Shown in pieces: positions 43,422 through 56,404 of a stretch of 64,000 bases of DNA (positions are counted from its first letter, which is position 1; every line of letters starts with the position of its first letter). Origin of the DNA: Octopus vulgaris (taxonomy: Eukaryota). Below the pieces are notes generated by a model, which searched no databases, was not told the origin of the DNA, and was given only the letters and a program-made list of their open reading frames with translations. Made by a program: the position numbers and the translations under genes. The stretch spans positions 216,070,001-216,134,000 of the forward strand of contig OX597814.1 of NCBI GenBank assembly GCA_951406725.2. Direction: 5' to 3'.

Positions 43422-44169
43422 GGTTTGCGTAGCTGAGAGTTTGAAACGTAGGTAATAGATATTATTTTGAAGGAATTTTTCCTCAAACTTGACCCAATTG
43501 TAAATGAGGTAACAAATAAAATATGTGGATAATCTTTGGCAAAGAAGCTATAAAGAATATTTTATGTTGAGTTTCATTAATTTCATATTATGTGCTATTT
43601 TTCCAAAATCCTCTTTCATTTGACCAAGATATTTAAGGTTTTGTTGCATATCTGATCTTTCTGATGTCTAAGGACGGATGTTTATGTGTATGACTCTATT
43701 TGCAAATTTAAATTTGGGGAAATAGAAAAGCATATTCACTTAGTCTTGTCTTACCCATTTTGCCCCGCCTATATTTGTCTTTTATATGCCGAAAGAAAAC
43801 AGTGATAATCTTCTGAAATATTATTCTGAATATATCATAGGTTTTACTGAGTGTAGAGAAGGTCTTTACTCCGTTGATAGAGTTTTGGTAAGGTAGTGAA
43901 TATTTTAAAAAAATATATTTTCTTCAAAGTCAAAAATGCAGTAAATGTTACTCATTGTACCCCACCTACTCTTAATGGAAACTGGAAAAGCAGACTTTTG
44001 GAAATAGCTGTTTGAATTTTCCTGTTTTTATTGGGGTGTGCCCCACTTTCTTTCTTTCTTTTTTTTTAACACATTACAAAACAATGAAGGGAAGCCGTTT
44101 TAAAAAAAGAATTTTTTAAATCCACGTCTTTGAAATGTTGGTATCTCTACCCCGCTCTCTCTTTCTCTT

Positions 44170-44208
<39 letters not shown>

Positions 44209-44584
44209 GTATCTCTCTCTCTCTCTCACTCATCCTGTCTTTGGAACAGCAACAACAACAAAAATGATTTCTGTCTTTTTCGTAATTTTCTGTCATTTTA
44301 TCTTCTACATTCTGAAACTACCCCACTCTTCCCTACCGCAAGTGGATGTGTGAAAAACGAAACTTGAAGTTCTTTTTTTTTAAATTGCAAGTTATGATTT
44401 TTATTGCCTTCTCAGTGTTTACTGTTTTACAAAATTAAACTAGAAAACTGGACAAAACAGAGAATACAATTGAAAAAAAGAAAAAAGAAAAAAAGAAAGA
44501 AAGAGAAAAAAACAAAAGAACAAAACAATTTACCACCTTGGGTTGAAAAGTTGAGGGCGCTGGGAAACCTTTCTACTGGTTATT

Positions 44585-45050
44585 GAGACACACCAGTACA
44601 CTTGCAGCGTTGCCGCAGATGATGGCGAAGCTGCTACGCTGGAACAGCCAAGCGCCCTCATGAGCCTCACCAGTTACCTCTGCCAGGTGAGTTGCCAGTG
44701 AAGACAGGAATCTCGCAGTGGCCCGACTCCACTAGACGTCTTGAACGCCACACGATGGAAAATGTAGTTGGCCGACAGATCGCAGTATTTCAGGATTTTG
44801 TTCCGCTCAGTCGCAGAAGCTGTGGATCTCGGCCTGACCACAGCATCCAAGATGTGAGAAGAAGCAAAGGAGTCGCTAACTGTGACATCCCAGACAAGGG
44901 ACCAGGGGCATAGAGTGAGGCTGTCAGATCTCCTCTTGTCACATCTGGACAATCCAGATGGTTCTAAGATGTATGGGATGTTTTCCCGGGCCAAGCTCCT
45001 CTTGAGTATCAAGTTCAACTCTATATGATGCGCAAAGCGACCAGCATGAA
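44585..45050 (-). mobile_element. CRE-clade non-LTR 3' fragment (RLE domain)
   Basis: LEPSGLSRCDKRRSDSLTLCPW..LVWDVTVSD...KILKY...FQRSSFAIICGNAASVL. Confidence 0.75.
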
Positions 45051-45369
45051 AAAGTGTATCTATAAAGCGACATTTTCGGTCATTTGTTTAAACTTTCTCT
45101 CCTAAATCATTAAATTCAATTATTTGAAGGAGATGGGTTTTGAGATTTAAATTTGGCAATTTTCTAAGATTTTAATTCTTGTTATGAGGGGCCCATCGAT
45201 CTTGAAGTGCCTCGTGCCCCCTATGGTTTAAATACAACCCTGCATCTGAAAGGTATTTGCAGAACATTTCACGAAAAAAAGAAAAAAAAAAGAAAAAACA
45301 TTAATTTTTCTCAAAGTTATGAGAAAACAAAGTCATGGGGCAAAGTTGTGTGGTTATGATGTAGTGTAA

Positions 45370-45790
45370 AGTATTGAAAGTGACTTTGTGAAGAATATGT
45401 AAAGCAATCGAAAAATGGGTTTACAGAAATTAAATTAGGAAGTTGTAAAGCGCAAACTTACCTCGTAACAACTCAGAGCAAAATTGAAACTTGAATATTT
45501 ATATGATGGTTTTTAAGTCGTTGATTGGTTTTACAATTTTGTATGATATCAATGTTTTTCCGAGAAAATCACTTCCTCTTTGTCCTCTTTTTCATGATTT
45601 GCTTTCATGAGAACTTTGTGATAACAGTTTATTATCATTATTTGCAACAGACGAAATATAAAAAAGGAAGTGGCTGATAAAGAGAGAAATAAATTGTTTT
45701 AATAGGAAATACACAATGAAAGTAGGTTAGGGAAGATTTCACTTTCATTTTTGTCAATGACCTCAGTAAAACTTACCTGGTTTTCCCCAG
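45370..45790 (-). promoter_or_regulatory. Candidate promoter and 5'-UTR exon region of the PARP14-like gene, with IRF, STAT and ETS motifs
   Basis: This is an island without recognisable repeats. It has minus-strand consensus donors (GAG|GTAAGT at 45462/45461; CAG|GTAAGT at 45777/45776), GAAAGTGAAA (rc of 45737-45746), TTCCGAGAA (45558-45566) and ACTTCCT/AGGAAGT ETS cores. Confidence 0.35.
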
Positions 45791-46315
45791 TGGTGGCCAC
45801 TGATTGGCATGTTTCCCCCCACCCACAAACCTTCTGTGGGTATACACAGAGTCTTACCTACTTAAATGTGCACCCTATCAACAGGTTTGTTTCCTCATAA
45901 CTTTCAGAAAAATGGATATTTTAAGAAATTTTCTACAAATGACGTAGTTGACGATTATATGAGAATTGATATGAAAAAGAAAGTAGGTGAGTGCTCACAA
46001 CAACACACAATGAGACACATAACGATATCTTTTTTCAGTTCAAAGTTCATTTAGTAGATATATGCGATATGTGTCAGTATGTATTCTTTTACTTATTTCA
46101 GTAATTTGACTGCGGCCATGCTGGAGCACCGCCTTGAAGGGTTTTTAAAGTTGAAGAAATTGACACCAGAACTTATTCTTTGTAAGCCTAGTACTTATTC
46201 TCTCGTTTTTTTTTTCTTTTTGCTGAACGCTAGGTTGCGGGGATAAAGACGCACCAAGCAATAGCGAGGGACGGACGGAGATACGCGCGTGCGCACACAC
46301 ACACGCATATATATA

Positions 46316-47531
46316 TAGTACAAAGTAAGATAGGGGTTATGGGTGTAACCCACTATGGGATATCATTTATCCAATATACTGTTGGTAAAGTACCCAAATT
46401 CTTAATACATAAATGTTTTTAATTGCAAAGCAATTAACTCATTTATTGTATTAAACGGGTGAAGGTAGAGAAATATTTTTACCGTAAATTTATAATACAA
46501 ATAAGAAAATGGAGAAACAAATTTGGTTTGTTCATCAACTTACGGATATTATAATGTTGGATTATTTATTCATTTTACAAATGAGAACATCAAAAGCATA
46601 CAAAAATATTATATAAATCAATAGATAAGATAATAATACAAATACAGATTTTAAAAGTCATAGTATAAATTAATGAAATCCATAAACTGCTTCTTACAGC
46701 TCTTTTTACCTATGGTCAAAAGTGAATCTAATTTTCATTGCCTATAGATTTCAACATACTAAAGTTGTAGGCATTTAAAAAATATAATACTTATATATTA
46801 AAAAACCATAGGCCTCGTCAGAGGTTATAATGAACTTTAAAAATATTAATATTAATATTAATATACTAAACATGATACACATATTACTTAATATATTAAA
46901 ATAAACAATAAACAAATATCAAAATATACATATATACATATACATACATACATATATATATACATATACATACATCCTTACATATATGTATGTGAAATGA
47001 ACAGAAGTGTGATCAGCATCTTCTCATATATCAGGAAATTACATCTACATTATTATGGATAAATTCATCGTCTCTGAGTATGAAATATCTCCTAATATCT
47101 CCGGAAATTACACCTGCATTATTATGGATGGATTTACCTTTTCTGTGAAACTAAAAACCTTTTATAAAACTGTGCATCGTTAGAGAACTTGTGAAGTCTG
47201 CTTACAATCTAACTTTGCTTTTTATTGAACTCTCTTCGATACTTCATGAGTGTAGCCTCACCCCTAGGATGTTTGGAAAACTCATATGTGTTTTGGCTGA
47301 TGAATACAGGACACTTGTATTTGCTGCAATATTTGCAGCTTTTAATAAAGCTGTTCTTCGTATGAAACAATTGTACTGAACAACTAATCCAGTCTTGTTG
47401 CTTTTTTCTTGTTTATAATCACCCCACATTATTTTATGGTTAATACCATATAGATTTCTGGTGCATCTAAGTTAAGTACCGCATTCATTTGAACTCATTG
47501 GAATTCACTTGAATCTTAATTGTTGTTACTT

Positions 47532-47540
<9 letters not shown>
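46316..47540 (-). mobile_element. Unclassified TA-embedded element, possibly Penelope-like, with a hammerhead relic
   Basis: The terminal segment 46350-46520 resembles 48790-48945. A CTGACGA core with a long stem II lies at 46690-46826. Confidence 0.35.
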
Positions 47541-47564
<24 letters not shown>

Positions 47565-48529
47565 CCCTGGAACCCGGAACGTCTCGCTGTGCTTGAGGAG
47601 ACCTGTTGAGTCAAGTACATGAACATGAACATCGAAATAAATATAAATATCAATGGAAATAGTAGTTGTGATACCTGTGCCGCTGGCACATAAAAAGCAC
47701 CATCCGAACGTGGCTGATGCCAGCGCCGCCCCGACTGGCTTCTGTGCCAGTGGCACATAAAAAGCACCATCTGAACGTGGCTGACGCCAGCCAGCGCCGC
47801 CCCTACTGGCTCCTGTGCCGGTGGCACATAAAAAGCACCATCTGAACGTGGTCGATGCCAGCGCTGCCCCGACTGGCTTCTGTGCCGGTGGCACATAAAA
47901 AGCACCATCCGAACGTGGCCGATGCCAGCGCCGCCCCGACCGGCTTCTGTGCCGGTGGCACATAAAAAGCACCATCCGAACGTGGCCGATGCCAGCTCCG
48001 CCCCGACTGGCTCCTGTGCCGGTGGCACATAAAAAGCACCATCCGAACGTGGCCGATGCCAGCGCCGCCCCGACTGGCTTCTGTGCCGGTGGCACATAAA
48101 AAGCACCATCCGAACGTGGCCGATGCCAGCACCGCCCCTACTGGCTCCTGTGCCAGTGGCACATAAAAAGCACCATCCGAACGTGGCCGATGCCAGCGCC
48201 ACCCCGACTGGCTTCTGTGCCGGTGGCACATAAAAAGCACCATCCGAACGTGGCCGTTGTCAGCGCCGCCTTAGCTGGCTTCCGTGCCGGTGGCACGTTA
48301 AAAGCTCCAACCGATCGTGGCCGATGCCGGACCCCCTGGCACCTGTGCAGGTGGCACGTAAAAAGCACCCACTACACTCGCGGAGTGGTTGGCGTTAGGA
48401 AGGGCATCCAGCTGTAGAAACTCTGCCAGATCAGACTGGAGCCTGGTGCAGTCCCTGGCTTCCCAGACCCCGGTCGAACCGTCCAACCCGTGCTAGCGCG
48501 GAAAACGGACGTGAAACGATGATGATGAT
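47565..48529 (+). mobile_element. RTE 3' UTR with a 67-bp tandem array (about 10 units) and tail
   Basis: Units start at 47676, 47743, 47814, 47881, 47948, 48015, 48082, 48149, 48216, 48283 and 48344. They follow an ORF-end relic (gctgtgcttgaggagac). Confidence 0.85.
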
Positions 48530-49324
48530 ATATATATACAAATACAAATATACATACATAAGCAAAGCATATATAGTATTCACATGCGCAAAATACATTA
48601 ATGAACACAATTAAACAATATATTCCAGTGGATATACCATACGTCATATACGTATATAAATACATTAGAACATATAAACACGTCTATGCTTATCAGTAAC
48701 AACAATATTATTGTATTAACAATAATCTTCAACAGATCTTACATACTATAATAATGTCTTCGTGAGCTATTAGAAGTTGACAAACCAACTAAGGGATAGT
48801 ACCTATCCAATATACTGCTTGTAGAGTACCCAATTATTCATAGCCAAGTGCTAGTTATTGCACTTGCAATTGAGTATTATATATGGGCGGAGGTAAAAAA
48901 GTGATTTACCCATGATTTATACAGCAAATAAGAAAACGGAGAGGATATACAATTGACAGACATCAGCCAGTAAACATTCAAGTATGTCTATTTATTCAAT
49001 TGTATTGGATAAATACACGCATAATTGCTGGCCTTATTCCTAAATTAGAAATCATTAATCCTTTTTGACCATCTTATTTCAGTTTTCCGTAACCTCCGTC
49101 TCATTGACAGTTCATCATCGCAGGTATTGCAATTCAGGGGAAATAACTGATACACATTGTCATAAGAGTAATTCACCTTGACGGATTTAAGCCACTGGAC
49201 AAATGAATCTTTTATGAATAAAAACATCGGTTGTCAACGTTTTCAGTCACATATTTAGCTTAGAACACAGTTAAAGAAAGGCTCAGCGGGAGAGAGAGAG
49301 AGAGAAAGTGGTGCTGCTACTGTT

Positions 49325-49540
49325 TCTGGTTGTTGTTGTTGTTGTTGTTAAGCAACAAGACGGTTAAGGGTAATTAAGGTGATGGTCTAGGGCTTAAAGG
49401 CGGGAGATCCCAGACCTTAGATAAAAAAAATCTTTGGTCGTCTTGTTGTAGTCGAGGGCTCTTCGTTGACGCTCGACACTATTGGGAGGTGGCCCTCGAG
49501 GTCGCTGGAAATAGAAATCTCCAGGCCCAAATTCTTGGAC
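49325..49540 (-). mobile_element. Non-LTR 3' end with an (AAC)n tail, same family as 5164-5367
   Basis: The reverse complement aligns over about 200 bp. Confidence 0.8.
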
Positions 49541-50299
49541 GGCTACTGTTGTTGGTGCTAGAGCTGGTGGTGGAGGTGACGACGGTGAGTGGATGGAGAA
49601 AAATAATTTTTTGGGGAATTGAACTAAATTTTTTTAATATCACCTATTACTTAACACATGCACATCCCAAACTTGCCATTCACTTCCGAAAGAAACCAGT
49701 TTCCCCTTTGCCTGTCTTATGCAGTGGCTATCCACAAATCACAAGGGCAGACATTTGATCGAGTGGGGGCTGTTCTTGCCTGAACCTGTATTCGGCCATG
49801 GTCAGCAATATGTTGCATTCTCAAGGGTTTGCAAATTATCCGATGCGTGAGTTAAAGCTGTCAACACTGACAAAGAAGGGAAGAAAAGAGCGATAACTTA
49901 CACAAAGAACATAATCTGCAAAGTAGTGGATTAAAAGATTTATGCAAATTGAAATGTGTATTGGCTCTGACCCATCGCATTGGCTCATAAGTTACCAACG
50001 ATGTGGTTTGCAGCGTATGCCATCATAATAATACTAAAACTCTATGGATGTTTGTTGGTACTCGAAATATCTCAGAAATAGTATATTTTATCTTAATCTT
50101 TTCTTTTTCTTGCATATTTATTTTCATACTTAGCTTCGACAGTACAATATTTGTGACATTATTAATGAAAAGGAGTAAACACAATTTTTGTCTATTTCTT
50201 GAAAAAAAAGAAAAAGCATAGCTTCCGTGACATCAACACACATACACACATACAGAATACATACACATATAACGAATGTGATGGGGTGTCAATCAACAC

Positions 50300-50712
50300 A
50301 AACACACGGCCTCCATCTGTGACATATTGCAGCACTCCGTCGGTTACTATGACGAGAGTTCCAGTTAATCCAATCATCGGAACAGCCTGGTCGGGAAATG
50401 AACATGCAAATGGCTAAGCACTCCACAGACACGTGTGCGCCTTAACGTAGTTCTCGGGGGGGAGATTCAGCGTGATACAGTGTGACAAGGGTGGCCCTTA
50501 GAAATACAGGTACAACAGAAACAGGAAGAGAGAGTGAGAGAAAGCTGTGGTGAAAGAGTACAACAAGGTTCGCCACTATCCCCTACCAGAGCCTCGTGGA
50601 GCTGTGGGTGTTTTTGCTCAATAAACACTCACAACGCCCGGTCTGGGAATTGAAACTTCGATCCTACGACCGTGAGTCCACTACCTTAACCACTGAGCCA
50701 TTGCGCCTCCAC
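50300..50712 (-). mobile_element. tRNA-derived SINE, near full length
   Basis: The reverse-complement head ggaggcgcaatggctcagtggttaagg...gtttcaattcccagacc has A and B boxes. Confidence 0.75.
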
Positions 50713-53224
50713 TGTCTGTGACATATACATACACATAGTCTTCGCGCACTCTGAGCAAAAAGAAAAAAAAAAACATTGACTTTTGACGTACACAATATTT
50801 TAATGATTTGGAAATATTTTTAACTGAATGGCATTTCAAAAATATAAGTTGTTTGTTAAGCAAGAATTTATATTTTAGCATTCTTCAAACACTATTTTAA
50901 TGGATTTTTAATTATTTTCAGGTCGTTAATTTCCATAATTTGTTTTTTATTTATTTACATTTGTTTTAGAGTGAATGAGAGAAGAAAGTGAAAGATGTGT
51001 GTACGTGTATAGGAAATGGACGTGTGTGTGTGTGGAAGAGGGAGAGAGGGTGGGGGGGGGGGAAGAGAGAAAGCGAAGGGGTGTTTTGTCATGTATACGT
51101 ACATACATCAATACATATGCGTACATCTTTTTTGTATGTACGTGTGCATGTGTGTTTGTGGGTGTGTGGGAGAGAGAGAAAGAGAATGAGCGAGAGTGAG
51201 TGAGTGAACGTGTGTGTTCTCATGTATGCGTAAGTGGCACTCTCTCTCTCATACACACACACACACACACACGTCCATTTCATATACGCGTTCATACATC
51301 TTTCATGTTCTCCTCTATTTCACTTTAAAACAATTGTAAATAAATAAAACAATTTTACGGAAATTAACGAACAAAATCAGCTGATCTGGATGACAGTTCT
51401 GAGAGTCAAAGCGAAAGATTGCCCCAAGGGAATACCATTACAAATTTTTTTCGAATGCAGTCAACGTATCCCAGCTCCAAAGATTTGGCTGCTATTTCTA
51501 GCACGCCCTGATACCATGTAGCAGCTATTTGCGATAAAAGACTCAAAATACCTGTTATGAGGTATCAGGGTGTGCAAGAAATAGCAGCGAAATCTTTCCT
51601 TTTCCGGGGAAACGAGCCGTTTACGCTTGATTTCGATGTCACTTTCGTTGAAAGCATACAAAACAACCTAGAAAAGAGAGAGAGAGAAAAAAAACATGAA
51701 ACAAACATCCGTTGCTGGGAAACTCAGATTCCAGGTGACCTACGGGTCACGGGTAGTCTAGTGTTACATTAAATTTTCACCCCCGTGAAGTTGTGACCCC
51801 TATATTTTCCATATAAAATAAATGTTTTTACTATAATTATTTTTTGTTTTCTAGATATGAAATTGTGACAATGAGAATTTTAAAATGTAATTTTTCTGTT
51901 AATGGGGAAAATGGAAAAATAAGAGTGAATATTTATTTTATGAGTGCTGTGTATTAAGTCTATAAAATTGTGCACAAAGTATATAAAGCGCATTAAGTAA
52001 TCATCGTATTCATTTTCAATGAATAGCAGATGAGCGACAATCTTTCAATAGAGATATAGCAATAACCATTTTAGCCATTTTGAAATGTGGCGCAAATTGG
52101 CAATATGACGTAATGTCTTTGCCGAACAATTATTATTTTCGTTTTTTTCCATTGGTTAATATAACTGCTCATATAAAGATTCTAAAAGTTTCGTAAAGAA
52201 TATTTGTCATGGGTTTCGATTCTTTTTAGTCAAGTTGAGCAGTTATAAAAACCCTGGATTTTGGGAAAAATTTCAGTGTTTGTTGGATGTCACTGAACTC
52301 CACGACACTCACTCTTTTGAGACATCGGTAATTTTCATGCCATGTCTAAGTTAATCACAAGTCTATTTTGATTTGTTGGTTAATGTATTAGCTAGAATTG
52401 AGAAATTAGTTAATGAAATTATAGTCGTTCTTCTTCACGACAAAGTTATCTTTCCTACTGTAAATAATATAAAATGTTATATTCATATAATAAAACTAAT
52501 TAAAAGAAAATGTTTCTCTTCACGTTTGTTTTTCAACTGAGCATAAATAAGTATGCATTTCTGTAATCCTTAATTTATGTTTTCTTATAGCGGTTTAAAG
52601 GACACGATTAAAATATTTAACATACATGTCGTTAATATTCATAGCGTTTCATGCGTGTATGTCTCTATGACGTTATAACTGTAGTTAGGGTTTTAGGTAT
52701 AATGATAACACTTGAGTATAAGTGACGTTGAATCATTATATTCTCCCTTACTCAGAGAAAAGCCAAATAAAATAATATAACCTGAGAGAAAGCTTAAGGT
52801 TTAAAACAAAAGCCGCCATAGAGACACAACACAGATTACACTTTCAGGTTTTTTGGATGAAATTCTCAGGAATAACCCAATAGGTTTACCATTTAATGCC
52901 ATGAAATATTCACAGGTCCCGCTAATAGATTAATAAGTTTCGTGTTATAACATCTACAACTCGGATTTCATCCAACACTCGATCTAACAACCCAAATATT
53001 TGTTATGGTCACTGGTACAATAAACACACTGTACACTATTGATCTATTATGTATAGAAAGTCGTGAGGGCCATATTTCCTTTATCCTGTTGTTTTATTCC
53101 CTAATAACTTAGTTTCATGCGGCATTAAGTATCATTGATATCTCTCATCAGATGTCGGAGAAGCATTCAAGCCGTTCGTAATAAAATGACTCGATGGAGT
53201 TGTAGTTCTCCCTCATTTTACAAT

Positions 53225-53900
53225 TTAAGAACAATTATTCTGGTCAAAGTTCATCCCTGTATCTTTTTGGAAAGTCTCAACTCGGCTTAGGGTTTCCTTC
53301 ATATCTTCCTCATTTTTGGCAAATATTTTCAGATCATACACAAAATGAAATTGCATTAGAAAGGGGTTTCTGTCTTCCTGTCGATTAACCGCATAGCCTT
53401 CAGATATTCTCAACGAAGAGGACGAGGCCACACTGAAAGTATAAATGGCATCAGAGAGACACTGTCCTCTTGAAATAGTCATTACAACAGCCTATCTTAT
53501 CAGTGAGAATAGAACCACTCAAAGTTCGAAATGGTAGCCCAGAACGACGTCAGCTTGTATATGGCCTTGATAATGGTATTTAAAATTGTAGCAGGTCAAA
53601 GGTTCATCGATGAGTGAGAGTAGACTTCAACCGTTCTCGTAATCCGGATAGACTATGTAAGGGCGAAACCTGGTTCTAAAATTAGGGAGAATTAGCACAT
53701 AAAAACGATACTGTGACACATGGCTAATTTTGGAAAATGTGCTCCACTTCTTCCCCTGTTAGCTACGCCAGAGAGACTATGACCAGATTCCTCCTATGCC
53801 ACCACACCTCATAACTTTGCTAATTAAAAGATGGTCAACAGGTGCACAAAGTCTTCCCAGATGCTTGTTCAACTCTGATATTATCACACTTTCGCAGTCA
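53225..53900 (-). mobile_element. Highly degraded non-LTR RT fragment
   Basis: RGQCLS...FVYDLKIFAKNEEDMKETLSRVETFQKDTGMNF resembles the RT YxDD region of R4-like LINEs. Confidence 0.55.
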
Positions 53901-55546
53901 CCTGGCACTTAATGGTTCATACAGTTTGTATAAATGTTACACCTGAGATTCTAACAAGCAATTAATCAGCAGTTTATCGCCATGTGATCGATATTATTTT
54001 TGAGTATCAGTTTTTTTTTCTTCTACCAGTGCAATCAACTTGGTATGTTTACTTCTCTGTTGTAAGTTTGATGGTAAAAGTCAATAAGTTACCTACATAG
54101 AAAGGCAGTTTTGTGTTCTACCATCCAACAATCAATTCTGTTTTTGCTGCGTTCCTGTCTTCAATTTTGTTACTATCACAAAATTCCCACCATTGATCCC
54201 TTTGGTTTCAGTTTAAATCAAAAGGCAATAATTCCATCATATCATTTCATAAATCCTGCAATCTGAATCAAACCCTTTACTTCTCACCAGATTTTCCTTC
54301 CCAATGAACGACCCCCTACTTTCCTGTGAACAAGTATCTGTGACATTCATTGATTGACCCCCCCCTCATATCTCATTGAGCAACTGATTGGTTGCGATGT
54401 AATTATTGGTTAATTAATTTATTCTCAGCTCCTCTTCCTGCTACCACGTTTCTACTCTCAGCTCTCCGCTCCTCTTCCAGACTAATTCATTTATACTCAT
54501 TTCATCTGTCAACTAGACATTATTTCCATTTTATTTTTCGGCGGACTTGGTTGGTGTGGTGAGGGTTACTCATTTGTTTGTTGGTGTGTAATAAGCAACA
54601 GAGCATAACTGATCAATAATTCCGTAGATCAACAATCTATTGTTTACCTTGTTCTTTTATTACATCCGCCTTCCTTAAGGAAGAGGTATTTTTAAAGTCA
54701 TGTTTATTATTCTGTCCGTGGACAAGATTCTCAAGAACCACTGGATGGATTCGCATGAAACTTTCAGGGATGTTTGGCCTCGTGACTGGCACGAACTTCA
54801 TCTGGTTGACTGATGAGTAGTAACAGAAGGCTGCGTCTTCGTATCACGTCGGGGCCATCAATTTATGTAGTGGGAATATATATTCAGTTCCAGGTGCTGA
54901 TATGGCTGCGTGTATGTTATTACAAGATTTCATAAAGAGATCATGAATAAATTCAAGAACTATATTTACTACGTAAAAATGTATTTTATTTAATGGTCGT
55001 TGATGATACATAATCAAAATGTAGAATCTAGTTGAATGAAATAATCTATGCAAGACAGATCAGAGATAGGAAATATGGAAATAACAGCTAAGGGATGGTT
55101 TTCAGCCATGTGGCGCAGAGAAACAGACGGACATAGAAATGACGTGAATGGCTCTACGTCTAATCGACTGAGAAGTGAGAGCAGGGTTAGCAAGCTTTTT
55201 TTATTAATGGAACGCTAGATATTCTAGAAACTTCCAAGAGAAATGCTAAGCTTCTTGAATAATAAAGAATCCGCTCTCGTGGCACAGATGTTTCCAGAAC
55301 TTCAGTGAAGGGAGATTACTCTATAAACCTTCTTGCAAGGGACATCATTCAACTATTTAGCTACATAGACCACTACATATATATACATATATGAGAGAGT
55401 GAGAGGGGAGGACGGAGCTGAGTGTCGTTGTGACTGTGAGAATGTCCTGAACCAGCAATATTATTATTAGTAGTAGTATTATATTATACAATGTAGTTAA
55501 TAATCCATAAAGCACTCTGAAGTACTTTTGATTTTACCAAAGAATA

Positions 55547-56390
55547 TCAAATAACTTGATAAGCATCTCCGGCATAGACATTAATTGTTTCGATAATTTT
55601 ATCAAACATGGTTATTGTTAACCTGAGGTTTGTGTTTATTATAGACAAAAATTTAGGTATAATAGACGTCATCAATATCAAAGTAATCATTGTGAATGCT
55701 AATAAGTCCACGTATTCTCGACTTATTATATTGTTGCAAGCAAAGAAAAAAGATACGATTAGAAACAGTTTTATAATGGATTTACCAATCTCGTATCTCA
55801 ATGGAAAATGATGGTTAACAATTGTCTTGAACAGCTTGGCATTTATGAATTCCTCTCCATATTTTACCTGAACCAATCTTGGACAAACGGTTTTGGTGAG
55901 TTTTATAGACTGAACTATAACTGATTGATACTGCTTTATAATGGCTTTCACAATTGCAACGGTATACACGAAAAACATGGCAACAAACCATACGTCCCCG
56001 ACATTATCAGGTTTAGCAAGAACCGTAACAGCTATCGTAAATATGTAATTGCAAAGAATTTGGAAACTTGTAAGAAATATAGATTGAATAAAGAGCCCAT
56101 AATATATAAAATGGAAACGATAGAATAGTAAAAAGTACAGCAGCAATCTCGAAAATATGATTATTATTCCTATAGAGTGGGAAAAAATAAACTTTGGAAT
56201 AGCTGAAAGGTAAAGTTGAAATCAAATAAACAATTGGCATTCCATAATAAACGAGGCACAGAAATAATTCACAGACAGAAAATACAGCAAATAAAATTGT
56301 AATGGAAACAAAGAACCAAAGTGTAATGAATTTCCAGAAAATATTTCTCTCGTAGTAATATAACCAAATTTTCTTTATACGATTAATCCA
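55547..56390 (-). pseudogene. Disrupted 3' part of an uncharacterised multi-pass membrane protein gene
   Basis: A 199-aa hydrophobic ORF (...LFKTIVNHHFPLRYEIGKSIIKLFLIVSFFF...) has further hydrophobic segments upstream in other frames with stops. It abuts an R4-like LINE at about 56405. Confidence 0.45.
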
Positions 56391-56404
56391 AGTATAAATT
56401 ATTA

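Noticed and set aside
47516-48243. 237-aa repetitive ORF
   Set aside because: It is a by-product of the 67-bp array, whose period is not a multiple of 3, and it has no domain features.
47676-48370. CRISPR-like array of palindromic repeats
   Set aside because: The would-be spacers are near-identical, there are no cas genes, the context is eukaryotic and the array is embedded in a LINE 3' UTR.
50640-50712. tRNA gene
   Set aside because: The cloverleaf is imperfect and runs on into a SINE body, so this is a SINE head. The same applies at 29574 and 33611.
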